From Verrucomicrobiia bacterium (lineage in GTDB: Bacteria; Verrucomicrobiota; Verrucomicrobiia; Limisphaerales; UBA8199): a stretch of 64,000 nt of DNA. Under the pieces are notes generated by a model that ran no database searches, was not told where the DNA came from, and saw only the letters and a program-made list of their open reading frames with translations. The DNA lies in contig DASRFK010000085.1 in assembly GCA_035651635.1 (NCBI GenBank), forward strand, positions 34,728 through 98,727, read 5' to 3'. Positions 47,118 to 55,926 of the stretch are shown here, one piece after another. The number at the start of each line of letters is the position of its first letter. Position 1 is the first letter of the stretch. Position numbers and translations under genes: made by a program.

Positions 47118-47690
47118 TTATGCCCGGTTCCCACTCATGTACTCGAAAAGCCAAACCTGCGCATAAGACCAGTAACGCTGCACGGTACGCTCGGTGATAC
47201 CGAGTAGGTCGGCGATCTCCTTCTCGGTGAGGCCGGCAAAAAATCGCAGTTTGACCACCTCGGCCTTTGCGGGCTGAAGCGCGCTAAATTCATTCAACGC
47301 CTCGTTCAACTCCAGCAGCTTGTCATCCGGTGCCGGACTTGCAACCTCGACCCCATCCAGATCCACACGCTCAGCACCACCGCCATGGCGCTGCGCCTGT
47401 TTTCTGCGCGCCCGGTCGATGAGAATCTGGCGCATGGCTTCGGCCGCGACGGAAAAGAAGTGTTTGCGATCATTCCATTGCTGAGGAGCACCGCCAACCA
47501 GTTTAAGCCAGGCTTCATGCACGAGTGCCGTCGGTTGAAGGGTTTGCCCTGGTGACTGGCGCGTCATCTGGGCAGCAGCAAGCCGCCGCAGTTCGGCATA
47601 AACCAGCGGCAACAATTCTTCGGCCGCACGGACGTCACGTTGGTCGATCGCCTCAGCAACTTGATTACTCTTTTGCGGCTCTTCGTGCAT
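47118..47690 (-). CDS. ECF sigma factor, Rhodopirellula/Verrucomicrobium (TIGR02999-like, kinase-associated ECF43-type) family
   Basis: LLPLVYAELRRLAAAQMTRQSPGQTLQPTALVHEAWLKLVG....W.DRKHFFSVAAEAMRQILIDRARRKQAQRHGGG and region 4 VVKLRFFAGLTEKEIADLLGITERTVQRYWSYAQVWL. Confidence 0.88.
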   Translation of the reverse strand: MHEEPQKSNQVAEAIDQRDVRAAEELLPLVYAELRRLAAAQMTRQSPGQTLQPTALVHEAWLKLVGGAPQQWNDRKHFFSVAAEAMRQILIDRARRKQAQRHGGGAERVDLDGVEVASPAPDDKLLELNEALNEFSALQPAKAEVVKLRFFAGLTEKEIADLLGITERTVQRYWSYAQVWLFEYMSGNRA

Positions 47691-48068
47691 TATAACGCTT
47701 CCAAGCAGGTTTGGTGTCGGGCTGCCGAAAACCCTCTAGCGGATCTGCCTGAGCAAGAATCATTAGGCTCAGTAGGAATGTTATTAGCGTCTTTAACCTG
47801 ACTTGGCAAGAGTCTAGCTCGCAGCCAACTTGGGTGAGCGAATTGGTGCTGCGCCGTGGCAGAACCAGCTGAGCAGGAAAAGGGCCCCGGATCCTGCCAC
47901 CGCCGGGAACGCCCAAGCCCTCGGAAACTGTCCAAACCCGGTCACCACGAAGCGGACAAAATAGAAACTGGCCATGCCAGCGGCCAATAAGCCAACCGTT
48001 CAAAACCGCAACTTCTCTTTCGATCCGGCACCAAAACCGAGACAAGTGCGACCATGGAGCGCAGAAAA

Positions 48069-48103
48069 GTGTCGACTCCAACCATTATGTAAGCAGAACG
48101 GAC
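48069..48103 (+). repeat. 35-nt repeat family, copy A
   Basis: GTGTCGACTCCAACCATTATGTAAGCAGAACGGAC matches 32/35 with 48777..48811. Confidence 0.75.
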
Positions 48104-48158
48104 AACACCTCGGAGCAGCTGAAAAGTCTGATCGTCGCCCCGCAAAAACTCAGTTCGA

Positions 48159-48484
48159 CTAAATTTCGTGCTCCGGGAATCGAGCGAGCCATGTCAAAGG
48201 GTCTGATCGACTTGCGATGAGTGAACCGAAAAACAGCCGCTCGCCGTCGAGCCCGTACAGAACGAAGAATGGGAACGACAGCAAATTCCGACGACGTAAT
48301 TCGGGAACGATTTTCGATCTGATGTTTAAAAAGTGGCCTGCACTGGTCGGTGAGGACTTTACAGCGTCCACTGCCTGCGAAACCTCGCTTTGAAAGCGTG
48401 CGGCGAGACCGTTTGAAATTGCGGCGTACTCGAGCTCAAAACGCGGACATCCTTGGGAAATTGGGGGTGAAATAGCACCCTCAT
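48159..48484 (-). pseudogene. RelE/ParE-family toxin gene, apparently frameshifted
   Basis: ATG overlaps the antitoxin stop (ATGA at 48484..48481) and reads MRVLFHPQFPKDVR, then runs to a stop after ~40 codons. The rest of a typical toxin (RFELEYAAISNGLAARFQSEV...RRRNLLSFPFFVLYGLDGERLFFGSLIASRSDP) continues in another frame, from just after the ...DVR codons down to 48159. A 1-nt indel near GTCCGCGTTTTGAG would reconcile the two frames. Confidence 0.5.
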
Positions 48485-48684
48485 TTCAGAGCGGCGCGGT
48501 ATTCTTCTTCGGTAAGGCCTTTTACCCTGCCTGTTGCGAGGTCCTCGATTCTGCGAATTCCCTCAGAGATTGCCTCGTTCAAGGATGCTGGTGCTACCAC
48601 GCTCTCGACCAACCGACGAGCAAGATCGAGTCGCTCCTCTGGCGGCAACTCAAGCGCAACGCGTGCCAAATCTGCTGAACTCAT
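48481..48684 (-). CDS. putative addiction-module antitoxin (TIGR02574-like small helical protein)
   Basis: 67 aa. LELPPEERLDLARRLVESV......EAISEGIRRIEDLATGRVKGLTEEE is typical of 'putative addiction module component' antitoxins paired with ParE/RelE. Confidence 0.65.
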   Translation of the reverse strand: MSSADLARVALELPPEERLDLARRLVESVVAPASLNEAISEGIRRIEDLATGRVKGLTEEEYRAALK

Positions 48685-48776
48685 GCCTGAAACCTACACC
48701 TCAGCTGTTTCAACGCAAGCCTAAGGGCATGAAAGCTTCCCTTCAGGTTCAGCAGTTTGAGCTGCGAGCTATCGCG

Positions 48777-48869
48777 GTGTTGACTCCAACCATTATGTAA
48801 GCAAAACGCACGCAGCGCGCCATAGTACCGCGACGTCCGCTCTACTTACATAATGCGAGGAGTCAACAC
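48777..48869. repeat. 93-bp imperfect palindrome made of two inverted copies of the 35-nt repeat (copies B-left and B-right)
   Basis: GTGTTGACTCCAACCATTATGTAAGCAAAACGCAC (48777..48811) and its inverted partner GTCCGCTCTACTTACATAATGCGAGGAGTCAACAC (48835..48869). Confidence 0.8.
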
Positions 48870-49069
48870 TGACGTGGCGTGAAACAATCATAGGTTTCAA
48901 GCTTCAAAGCTGCCTGGACTTATTATTTTTGGCCGTTCGGGGGTCCTTGCCAATGTCTGAAAATTAGCCCATCAAACAGCCGTCAGAAAAGCTTTGAGCG
49001 AGCGGAATTACGAATCCGCCCAGGACGGGCGCTAGACACGCTAGGTTGCCACAGCTTCGTTCTGGCTGA

Positions 49070-51208
49070 TCATTCGGCGTCCATCACACAGCGGAAGCCG
49101 AGGGTTGCAGCGCGGTCTTTGGCGGGGGCCATCAACAAAAGCTTGCCGTGCTCGGTAAGGCGCCTGGAGTTCGGGAAGTACCAGCCGGAGCCCTGCGGGA
49201 AATAGTAGCTGCCACCGCGAACCACGGCACTGCGGGTGTGCTCGTCCAGATATTCATCGGTCCATTGCCATACGTTACCGACCATGTCCATCACGCCAAG
49301 CGGGCTGGTGCCAGCGGGGAACGAATCCACGTCCGTGGGCGGACGTGGGTTGCGGCTCTTATCGGGCGGCGGCACGGCGGCGGGGTTTACTTCGTTGCCC
49401 CAGGGGAACAGTCGAAGGTCAGGCCCTTGGGCCGCGTATTGCCACTCCCATTCGTGCGGCAGCCGCTTGCCCGCCCAGCGAGCATAAGCGCGGGCATCCT
49501 CCAGGGAAACCCAGGTGACGGGCTTGTTTGCCCAACCGGCAGGGAAAGTGCCGTCCTTCCAATCTTTTAGAAAGTTGCCATCGTCGCGCGGTCGATATCT
49601 GGTGGCGTCGAGGAATGCCTTGAAGCGCGCGTTGGTCACGGGATAGCGATCCATCCAGAACGGCTTTAGATCCAGCCGGTGTCGATGATGTCGACGCGGG
49701 GAGTCTTCCCATGGATACTGCACGTCCACCCCAATTCCATCGCCACCTTCGACCATTATGCCAGAAACGACGAAGTCAAACGCTCCTCCGGGAATACGCA
49801 TCATGTCCTGCGGCGGGGTTTTTGCCTTGGCCGGCTTAATCAGCACTTGCGTTTGGGGTAGGCACTTCCATTCGGCGGAGAAGCTGCGGAGCGGCTTTTG
49901 GGAGAAGTGATTCATGCGGGCCAGGAGAGATTTGAGGTCCGCGTTTGGCGATTCATTATCCAACACAAGGACAGCCGCATAGCCGTGCTCTTCGATATCG
50001 AAGCTGAGATTACCAGTGAGGATCCCCTGGTTGGTCGCAAAGACAGGCACCAACTCCGCGCCGTGCCACAGATCGAAATAACGCCGCCCGGTTTCGTGCG
50101 GCAGGCGCAATTGCGGTCCAGAGACGTTGTATTCCGTGCGGTTGACTAACGTCCAGATCGCCCTGCGCACTCCTGGGAACATGCTCGCGAAGATACCCTT
50201 CTGCAACGTCCGATAATGCGGCTCCCAGGCGGGGCTGCACAGGAGTTCCGCGCAAGCACGCTCGATGCTGGCGATACGCCGCACGGCTTCGGCGTCATGG
50301 GGGGTCAGCCCGTTCCATATTCCCCAGACGTTCTCCCAACTCTCAAAACCCGTGCCGTTGAAGAACGCGTGCTGGAGGTCATCGGTGTGGTCGCGGGCCC
50401 AACGGTTGCACACGTTCACCATGTGCCGCGGTTCAAGCCACTTGTAATGGCTGACCGTGGGGACGGGGTGATACGCCCAGTAACCCCACGTCATGTTGTT
50501 CCAGGGCAGCTCTGCCTCACCATTCAGCCCGTTTTCCGGCTCGAACGCCAGGATGTGCCCGCTCTGGTCCGACGCGGCCCGATATTCCTTCGGCATGCCC
50601 TGGATGGTGTCGCCATTGACGCCGTCTGCATTCACTTCTCTGAGCGTCCGGGCAATGGTCTCGGATAATGGCGCGCCTTCATCCCGCGTCCCGACATCCC
50701 ACGGCATGACCGGGAAGAGCACCTTTACGCCGCGGCGATGAAAATCCGACACCATTTGCCGGACGCCGGGCAACCCGCCTGGCAATGCGCGCACCATGTC
50801 GTGTTGGTTGCGCCAGTCGATGCCGATATTGCAATACACCGCCCACACCAACACGCTGTCGATTCCGCCGTAACGCTTTTCCACATCATCGACGTAACGG
50901 TCCACCGTGTATTTGCCGGCAACCGGATCATAGAGATATCGGTCCTCGACCAGCATCTGCGGTTGGATGAAACTACGCTGGGTCCACTTGAGTTCCGGGC
51001 GATCGTATTCGCCTCCGGAATAGTGCATTTGGCCCAGACGGTCCTCCCTCCAGTGTCGCATGGCTGCCAGCCACGCGGGCGCTTCGTCCTCCGATTGCGG
51101 CCCTAGCAAAACTTCGCGGTCAGTTTTCACGACGACAGGCGTCTGGCCTCGGGTAAGACTTGCCAGCATCGCACACACCAGGAACAGCGACGCAGATCTT
51201 GTATTCAT
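49070..51208 (-). CDS. secreted two-domain protein: N-terminal ~480-aa glycosidase-like region + C-terminal FGE-sulfatase (SUMF1/formylglycine-generating-enzyme-like) domain
   Basis: Start moved to ATG 51208 (MNTRSASLFLVCAMLASLTRGQ signal peptide). C-terminal FWMDRYPVTNARFKAFLDAT, VTWVSLEDARAYARWAGKRLPHEWEWQYAA, MVGNVWQWTDE, VVRGGSY, LGFRCV. Confidence 0.85.
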   Translation of the reverse strand: MNTRSASLFLVCAMLASLTRGQTPVVVKTDREVLLGPQSEDEAPAWLAAMRHWREDRLGQMHYSGGEYDRPELKWTQRSFIQPQMLVEDRYLYDPVAGKYTVDRYVDDVEKRYGGIDSVLVWAVYCNIGIDWRNQHDMVRALPGGLPGVRQMVSDFHRRGVKVLFPVMPWDVGTRDEGAPLSETIARTLREVNADGVNGDTIQGMPKEYRAASDQSGHILAFEPENGLNGEAELPWNNMTWGYWAYHPVPTVSHYKWLEPRHMVNVCNRWARDHTDDLQHAFFNGTGFESWENVWGIWNGLTPHDAEAVRRIASIERACAELLCSPAWEPHYRTLQKGIFASMFPGVRRAIWTLVNRTEYNVSGPQLRLPHETGRRYFDLWHGAELVPVFATNQGILTGNLSFDIEEHGYAAVLVLDNESPNADLKSLLARMNHFSQKPLRSFSAEWKCLPQTQVLIKPAKAKTPPQDMMRIPGGAFDFVVSGIMVEGGDGIGVDVQYPWEDSPRRHHRHRLDLKPFWMDRYPVTNARFKAFLDATRYRPRDDGNFLKDWKDGTFPAGWANKPVTWVSLEDARAYARWAGKRLPHEWEWQYAAQGPDLRLFPWGNEVNPAAVPPPDKSRNPRPPTDVDSFPAGTSPLGVMDMVGNVWQWTDEYLDEHTRSAVVRGGSYYFPQGSGWYFPNSRRLTEHGKLLLMAPAKDRAATLGFRCVMDAE

Positions 51209-51344
51209 TCTCGCCTGGGAGTGTAAGGACCATTCTCCGTCTTGCAAATCCTCGCCTGTCGGACAATTCCCGCGATGGCATTTTCGGTTGCGCGTTCTCG
51301 GCCAAAGGCTAAGGCGGCTGATCCTCCATTCGCGTGGACGCCGG

Positions 51345-51379
51345 ACTTGCACTTTGCTTGCAGTGGTTGGGGTCAACAC
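51345..51379 (-). repeat. 35-nt repeat family, copy D (diverged)
   Basis: On the minus strand GTGTTGACCCCAACCACTGCAAGCAAAGTGCAAGT. The first 16 nt match copy B at 15/16. It creates the spurious GTG-initiated N-terminal extension of ORF 49070..51379. Confidence 0.6.
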
Positions 51380-51679
51380 TGGGAAATCTGTTCTCCTAAC
51401 GCACTAAACCAAGTGCTCGTTCCCCCTTCGCATCACCTTACCCCTGTTGCGAGCTTCCATTAAAGCCACTTGTGTCATTCGTAGTTCCGTGCTCAACGGT
51501 GAAATGTTGTCCACATCCGCTAAATAGTCCTGTTAAGGAGTCGTCAGAAACGGCGTCCGAGCCTGAGGAATTGCGAATTCGTCAGGAACACGCCGCTCTA
51601 AACGTCGGCGCGGAGGGGAACGCGCAGCTTGATGAATCGGAGTTGCCTCTGCCAGATGTTTTCTTGCAGGATGCCTTCG

Positions 51680-52129
51680 ATGAAAAAACTACTCCTCTCC
51701 CTGGCTTTGTTGGTTTCAGCCGCTCTGCTCACTTTCGCCCAGGAAAAGAAAACCTTGGCCCCCCTCACAGACACCGTGCTGAGCCTGGAACAACAATGGG
51801 AGGATGCGCTGACGAAATCTGACGTTTCAGCACTCGAGAAGCTCTATGACGACACCATCGTTTACACGCACTCCAATGGTAAGGTGGATACCAAGGAAAG
51901 TTACCTCAGCGCCATCAAGTCCGGGGCGACCCAGTATCAATCGATGAAGCGCGAGGACATCAAGGTCTCTGTTTACGGGCACACCGCGGTCGTGACCTGT
52001 CATTGGGAGGTTCACGTTTTGGCCCGGGGCAACAAAATCGATACGAACGCCAGGTATCTGCACGTCTACGTGGAACAACCGAATGGGTGGAAGCTGGTGG
52101 CTCACGAGTCCACCCGGATCGCTCCGTAA
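51680..52129 (+). CDS. secreted SnoaL-like/DUF4440 (NTF2-fold) protein
   Basis: Start moved to ATG 51680 (MKKLLLSLALLVSAALLTFA). LEQQWEDALTKSDVSALEKLYDDTIVYTHSNGKVDTKESYL...VVTCHWEV.....G....NARYLHVYVEQPNGWKLVAHEST. Confidence 0.75.
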   Translation: MKKLLLSLALLVSAALLTFAQEKKTLAPLTDTVLSLEQQWEDALTKSDVSALEKLYDDTIVYTHSNGKVDTKESYLSAIKSGATQYQSMKREDIKVSVYGHTAVVTCHWEVHVLARGNKIDTNARYLHVYVEQPNGWKLVAHESTRIAP

Positions 52130-52204
52130 AATCTGGTGACTAGTGAGAGCACAATTCCTGGCGCGACTCGAGTACACAGGCTCTAAGAACCGAACGGAAG
52201 CGAT

Positions 52205-54340
52205 GTGAACCGTTTGCTCACGTTAATACTGCTGGCTGCAGCCGCTTTATCGACCGTTGGATTTTCCCAAAGCTACACCACCAGTTTTGAGGGGACCGAA
52301 AACCCGCTCTCCGAGGGTGGAAGCTGGACAAATCACGGTATCGACTGGACTCAAATCACGAAGAAAGGCCGCATCGCATGCGGCACTCAGACCGGGACGA
52401 ATACCGGGAAATACAAATTCGACGATTCTTTCGCTCATCTTTCCGGGTTCCTTGCGGACCAGGAAGCCTGGGGCGAAGTGTGTATCAAAAGGCCTGACTC
52501 GTCCTTTAATCAGGAACTTGAAATCCTTCTGCGCTGGAACAGCTCGTCCCATCGCACTACCGGATACGAGTGCTTTGCCAGATGTCTGAACAGCGATTCT
52601 TCCTATCTGCAGATTGTCAGGTGGGACGGCCCGCTCGGGAAATTTACCTACCTGGCTGACAAGCGCGGCACGAATTATGGCCTGAAAAACGGTGATACGC
52701 TCAAGGCATCCGTCGTCGGAAACGTCATCACGGTGTACATCAACGGAATCGAGAAGGCGCGAGTGAAAGATGACACCTTCAAAACTGGCAATCCCGGGAT
52801 TGGGGAGTTCCTTGCCTGCAATAACGGCAAGGGCATCGGCTCCAACTCGGATTTCGGATTCTCCAGTTTTACAGCTAGAAGTTTCGGCGGGATCTCTGGG
52901 GCGCAAACCAACGACGCTGGGCAAACGCCCCTTACAGGGCCGCTCCGAGCCTCCAGGAATCCCAATTACTTCGAGGACGGGAGCGGCCGTCCGCTGATCC
53001 TGTGCGGGTCGCAAACGTGGAACACACTGCAGGATTGGGGCAGCGCTGGATCCGTCCAACCCTTGGACTTCGACGCGTTCATCAGCTTCCTTAAGGCGCA
53101 TGGACACAACTTCACTTTACTCTGGCGTACGGAGCTGCCGAAATTCGGCAACCTCCCCGTCACGCCCACTCATCCCCCGGATTTCACGGTAAGTCCGCAT
53201 CCTTGGATGAGAGTGGGCCCCGGCCTGGCAACCGATGGCGGATTGAGATTCGATCTGACGAAATTCGACCCCGCCTATTTCGAGCGGTTGCGCAGGCGGG
53301 CGGAGGCCCTCAACCGCGCGGGTATCTATGCTGGTGTCTACCTGTTTACGGGAGAATGGGTGTTGCGTTTCCGCTGCCCGACCGACGGTTACCCGTTCTC
53401 GGCCCCCAACAATGTCAACGGGGTGGATGACGGGTACCGTGGCGGACCGGCCGAGAGCGGGCTCGCCTCGGTCACCATGACTGGAACCAACTTAATCACG
53501 GATTTGCAGGACGCCTACGTCAGGAAGACCATCGATACGCTGAACGACTTGCCGAACGTGCTTTGGATCGTTTCCGAGGAAGCTCCCACGAAATCAACGT
53601 GGTGGAATAACCATTGGATTTCGCTGGTCCGAGCGTATGAGCGCGGCAAGCCCAGCCAACACCCTGTCGGATACGCGACGCTTGAAAGCCCCTCCGATTC
53701 CATCCTCTACGACTCGGATGCCGACTGGGTCGCCCCGGGTGCCTGGACTTCTCCCGCCAATTCGTGCGGGAGCGGCAATCCCCGCTGTAAAGTGAACATC
53801 AATGACAGTGACCACAGCTATTTCGGAATGTGGAATGATCCGCCGCAAAAAAATCGGAACTACGCCTGGGAGAACTTCACGACGGGAAATCAAGTGCTGT
53901 TCATGGACCCGTACCTGGTCGATTACCCGCGGGAAAATAGGAACCTTTGCCCCTCGCCGGTCAACGGCATCGGCACTCAGCCGGACCCCCGTTGGGACAG
54001 TTTCCGAAACAATCTGGGTTATCTGCTGCAATACTCACGCAAGCTCAACCTGGCCAATGTCACCCCCAGGAGCTCTCTTTGTTCGACAAAATATTGTCTG
54101 GCACAGACCCCGCCCGTCGGCGCGGAGTACCTGGCTTATGCTCCTGACGGAGGCGCATTTACCATGGACCTTTCCGCTATGCCCAGCTCGCGACGGCTGG
54201 CAGTCGAATGGTTTAACCCTGCTGACGGAGCAACCATAACTGAAAACTCGATTGCTGCCGGGTCATCCTCCCAGTCGTTCAGCCCACCATTCAGCGGAGA
54301 TGCCGTCTTATTCCTGGTTGACACCACGGGTCACAAGTAA
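52205..54340 (+). CDS. secreted protein with N-terminal lectin/LamG-like region and C-terminal glycoside-hydrolase-like (GH5/DUF4038-type) domain
   Basis: GTG start, signal peptide MNRLLTLILLAAAALSTVGFS. GSQTWNTLQDWG, HGHNFTLLW, NVLWIVSEEAP, NDSDHSY. The ORF is solid; the function is tentative. Confidence 0.65.
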   Translation: MNRLLTLILLAAAALSTVGFSQSYTTSFEGTENPLSEGGSWTNHGIDWTQITKKGRIACGTQTGTNTGKYKFDDSFAHLSGFLADQEAWGEVCIKRPDSSFNQELEILLRWNSSSHRTTGYECFARCLNSDSSYLQIVRWDGPLGKFTYLADKRGTNYGLKNGDTLKASVVGNVITVYINGIEKARVKDDTFKTGNPGIGEFLACNNGKGIGSNSDFGFSSFTARSFGGISGAQTNDAGQTPLTGPLRASRNPNYFEDGSGRPLILCGSQTWNTLQDWGSAGSVQPLDFDAFISFLKAHGHNFTLLWRTELPKFGNLPVTPTHPPDFTVSPHPWMRVGPGLATDGGLRFDLTKFDPAYFERLRRRAEALNRAGIYAGVYLFTGEWVLRFRCPTDGYPFSAPNNVNGVDDGYRGGPAESGLASVTMTGTNLITDLQDAYVRKTIDTLNDLPNVLWIVSEEAPTKSTWWNNHWISLVRAYERGKPSQHPVGYATLESPSDSILYDSDADWVAPGAWTSPANSCGSGNPRCKVNINDSDHSYFGMWNDPPQKNRNYAWENFTTGNQVLFMDPYLVDYPRENRNLCPSPVNGIGTQPDPRWDSFRNNLGYLLQYSRKLNLANVTPRSSLCSTKYCLAQTPPVGAEYLAYAPDGGAFTMDLSAMPSSRRLAVEWFNPADGATITENSIAAGSSSQSFSPPFSGDAVLFLVDTTGHK

Positions 54341-55072
54341 ACGCCGATGCTCGGCTTCAGGAGAATCCGCAGGAACCACTTATGAGTTGTTCGCCTAACA
54401 TGAAGGCTCAATGGAGCGAGTTCCAGCACGACTGAGCCCGGGCGTGCGTTATGATTGCAAAACAGACCAGGGGCAAGCAAGGCGCTACGGAAGGGCACTC
54501 GCGGGACAGTTTCGTTCTCAAACCGTTGTTTGGATGGTAGCCTGAACAACTCCGCTTGGCAGTCGCGCTGCAACGGGCTATTCGAGCTGCCGCTCGTCGT
54601 GCGAGCAGCCATTCGCCACGTACAAGACCAACTCGAAGCGAAATCAACTTATTTACTGGGTTGGCTAAATGCGGTTGCTGCGATGTGCTGCTGGCCTGGA
54701 TCAAAACCGAATATATTCTGGCAAGAATGCACGTTATTCTGATGGCCGCGTGAGTATGCGAACGTCAAGGTGAATCATAAGAACTTCGTGAAGACGCAGC
54801 AATCCAACTGGCAATAAACTAAAAATGACTCATCAATCTGTGCGTCAAATCCTTCGCTTGCGGGAGAACTGGAAGCATGTAGATCCTGAAAACTTTTCAG
54901 CAGGATGTTGAGTTATTGGATCCTCACGGTTAGCACCGGGGTTTTCGATCTTCAAACGCGCATTCGGTTGGGGCGCATCCTGGCTTTGACGAGTTCCCAG
55001 GTTTTGTTGGCTTTGGCCCATTTGACACAGGTGTGGCAAAGGAGGATTATCGAACCAAATCAGCACCGTGAC

Positions 55073-55861
55073 ATGAACAACAACAGTCCACTCTTGATGC
55101 TCGCCGTAGCGGGCATCCTTTTGATCCAACCCGCCCTGCTGGCCGACGACTTGGAAACGCTCGCCGGCAAATGGTCTGTCAAAAAGACCAGCCAGCAGGG
55201 CCAGGATTACACTCAAACCATCACCATCAAAAAGGACAAATTCCTCTTCCAGATTCTGGGAGCGGAAGATCGAATGGTCTTGTATGCCGAAGGCGATGTA
55301 AAACTGGACAAACTGGGTCCATTCAACGTTGCCCACTTCGTAAATATCCGCGCTGGAAGGTCCGCCTCCGACCTTCAAGACGTGAATGATGATCACGTCT
55401 CCATCTATCGCCTTGAGGACGATACCTGGACGGTCGCAGCCAATTTTGACAAAGAGCGCCAACGGCAAAAGCCAAGCTTAGACGCCTATCGGCGCGTCCC
55501 GATGGTTGAGGAACCGGAAACCCTGGTCATTGATGAGATCGCCATGGCGGATACGCCGCAAAGTGCAACCTGGTTCCTGTGTTTCGAGGCTACCGTCGGT
55601 GGTGCCACGCAGAAATACCACGTCGAGGGCAAGGGTTACGACAAGAACCAGGTCACGGTCCCCGTGGCACTGGAACTGCCAAAGATCCGGGCTGGTCAGA
55701 AATGCAGTTTCAAACTCCAACTCGATGACGTGGACGACGACGTTTGCACGGAGGATGTGGATAACCGTAGCACGGGCGAATTTACAGTCAGCGAGAAGGG
55801 CGAGCAGAAGTTTAAGCCGGAGGACAATTGGCGCTACACCATCCGCTGGCATTTGAAATAG
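55073..55861 (+). CDS. secreted protein with TIGR03067-like (PVC lipocalin-like) N-terminal domain
   Basis: Start moved to ATG 55073 (MNNNSPLLMLAVAGILLIQPALLA). LETLAGKWSVKKTSQQGQDYTQTITIKKDKFLF...IYRLEDDTWTVAANF. Confidence 0.6.
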   Translation: MNNNSPLLMLAVAGILLIQPALLADDLETLAGKWSVKKTSQQGQDYTQTITIKKDKFLFQILGAEDRMVLYAEGDVKLDKLGPFNVAHFVNIRAGRSASDLQDVNDDHVSIYRLEDDTWTVAANFDKERQRQKPSLDAYRRVPMVEEPETLVIDEIAMADTPQSATWFLCFEATVGGATQKYHVEGKGYDKNQVTVPVALELPKIRAGQKCSFKLQLDDVDDDVCTEDVDNRSTGEFTVSEKGEQKFKPEDNWRYTIRWHLK

Positions 55862-55926
55862 GCAGCTTCAATTTTGGCTCTCGTTGGACTGCTGGGTTTC
55901 GAACTGGCTTCTTTTAGCGATACCGG

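Noticed and set aside
47691-48068. 380-bp non-coding region upstream of the ECF sigma gene as a structured ncRNA (RNase P, tmRNA or 6S checked mentally)
   Set aside because: No conserved signature sequences of these RNAs are present. It is more likely a promoter or leader region.
48777-48869. Interpretation of the 93-bp palindrome as an integron attC site, or of the region as a cassette array
   Set aside because: The ends read GTGTTGAC.../...GTCAACAC rather than RYYYAAC...GTTRRRY in attC order. No intI gene or attI is visible, and only two units are bracketed. It is kept as a generic repeat or recombination-site hypothesis only.
54341-54904. 560-bp gap with short ORFs (e.g. ...ELPLVVRAAIRHVQDQLEAKSTYLLGWLN...) as a possible transposase or integrase remnant
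   Set aside because: No family could be recognised from the translation and no terminal repeats were seen. It is left unannotated.
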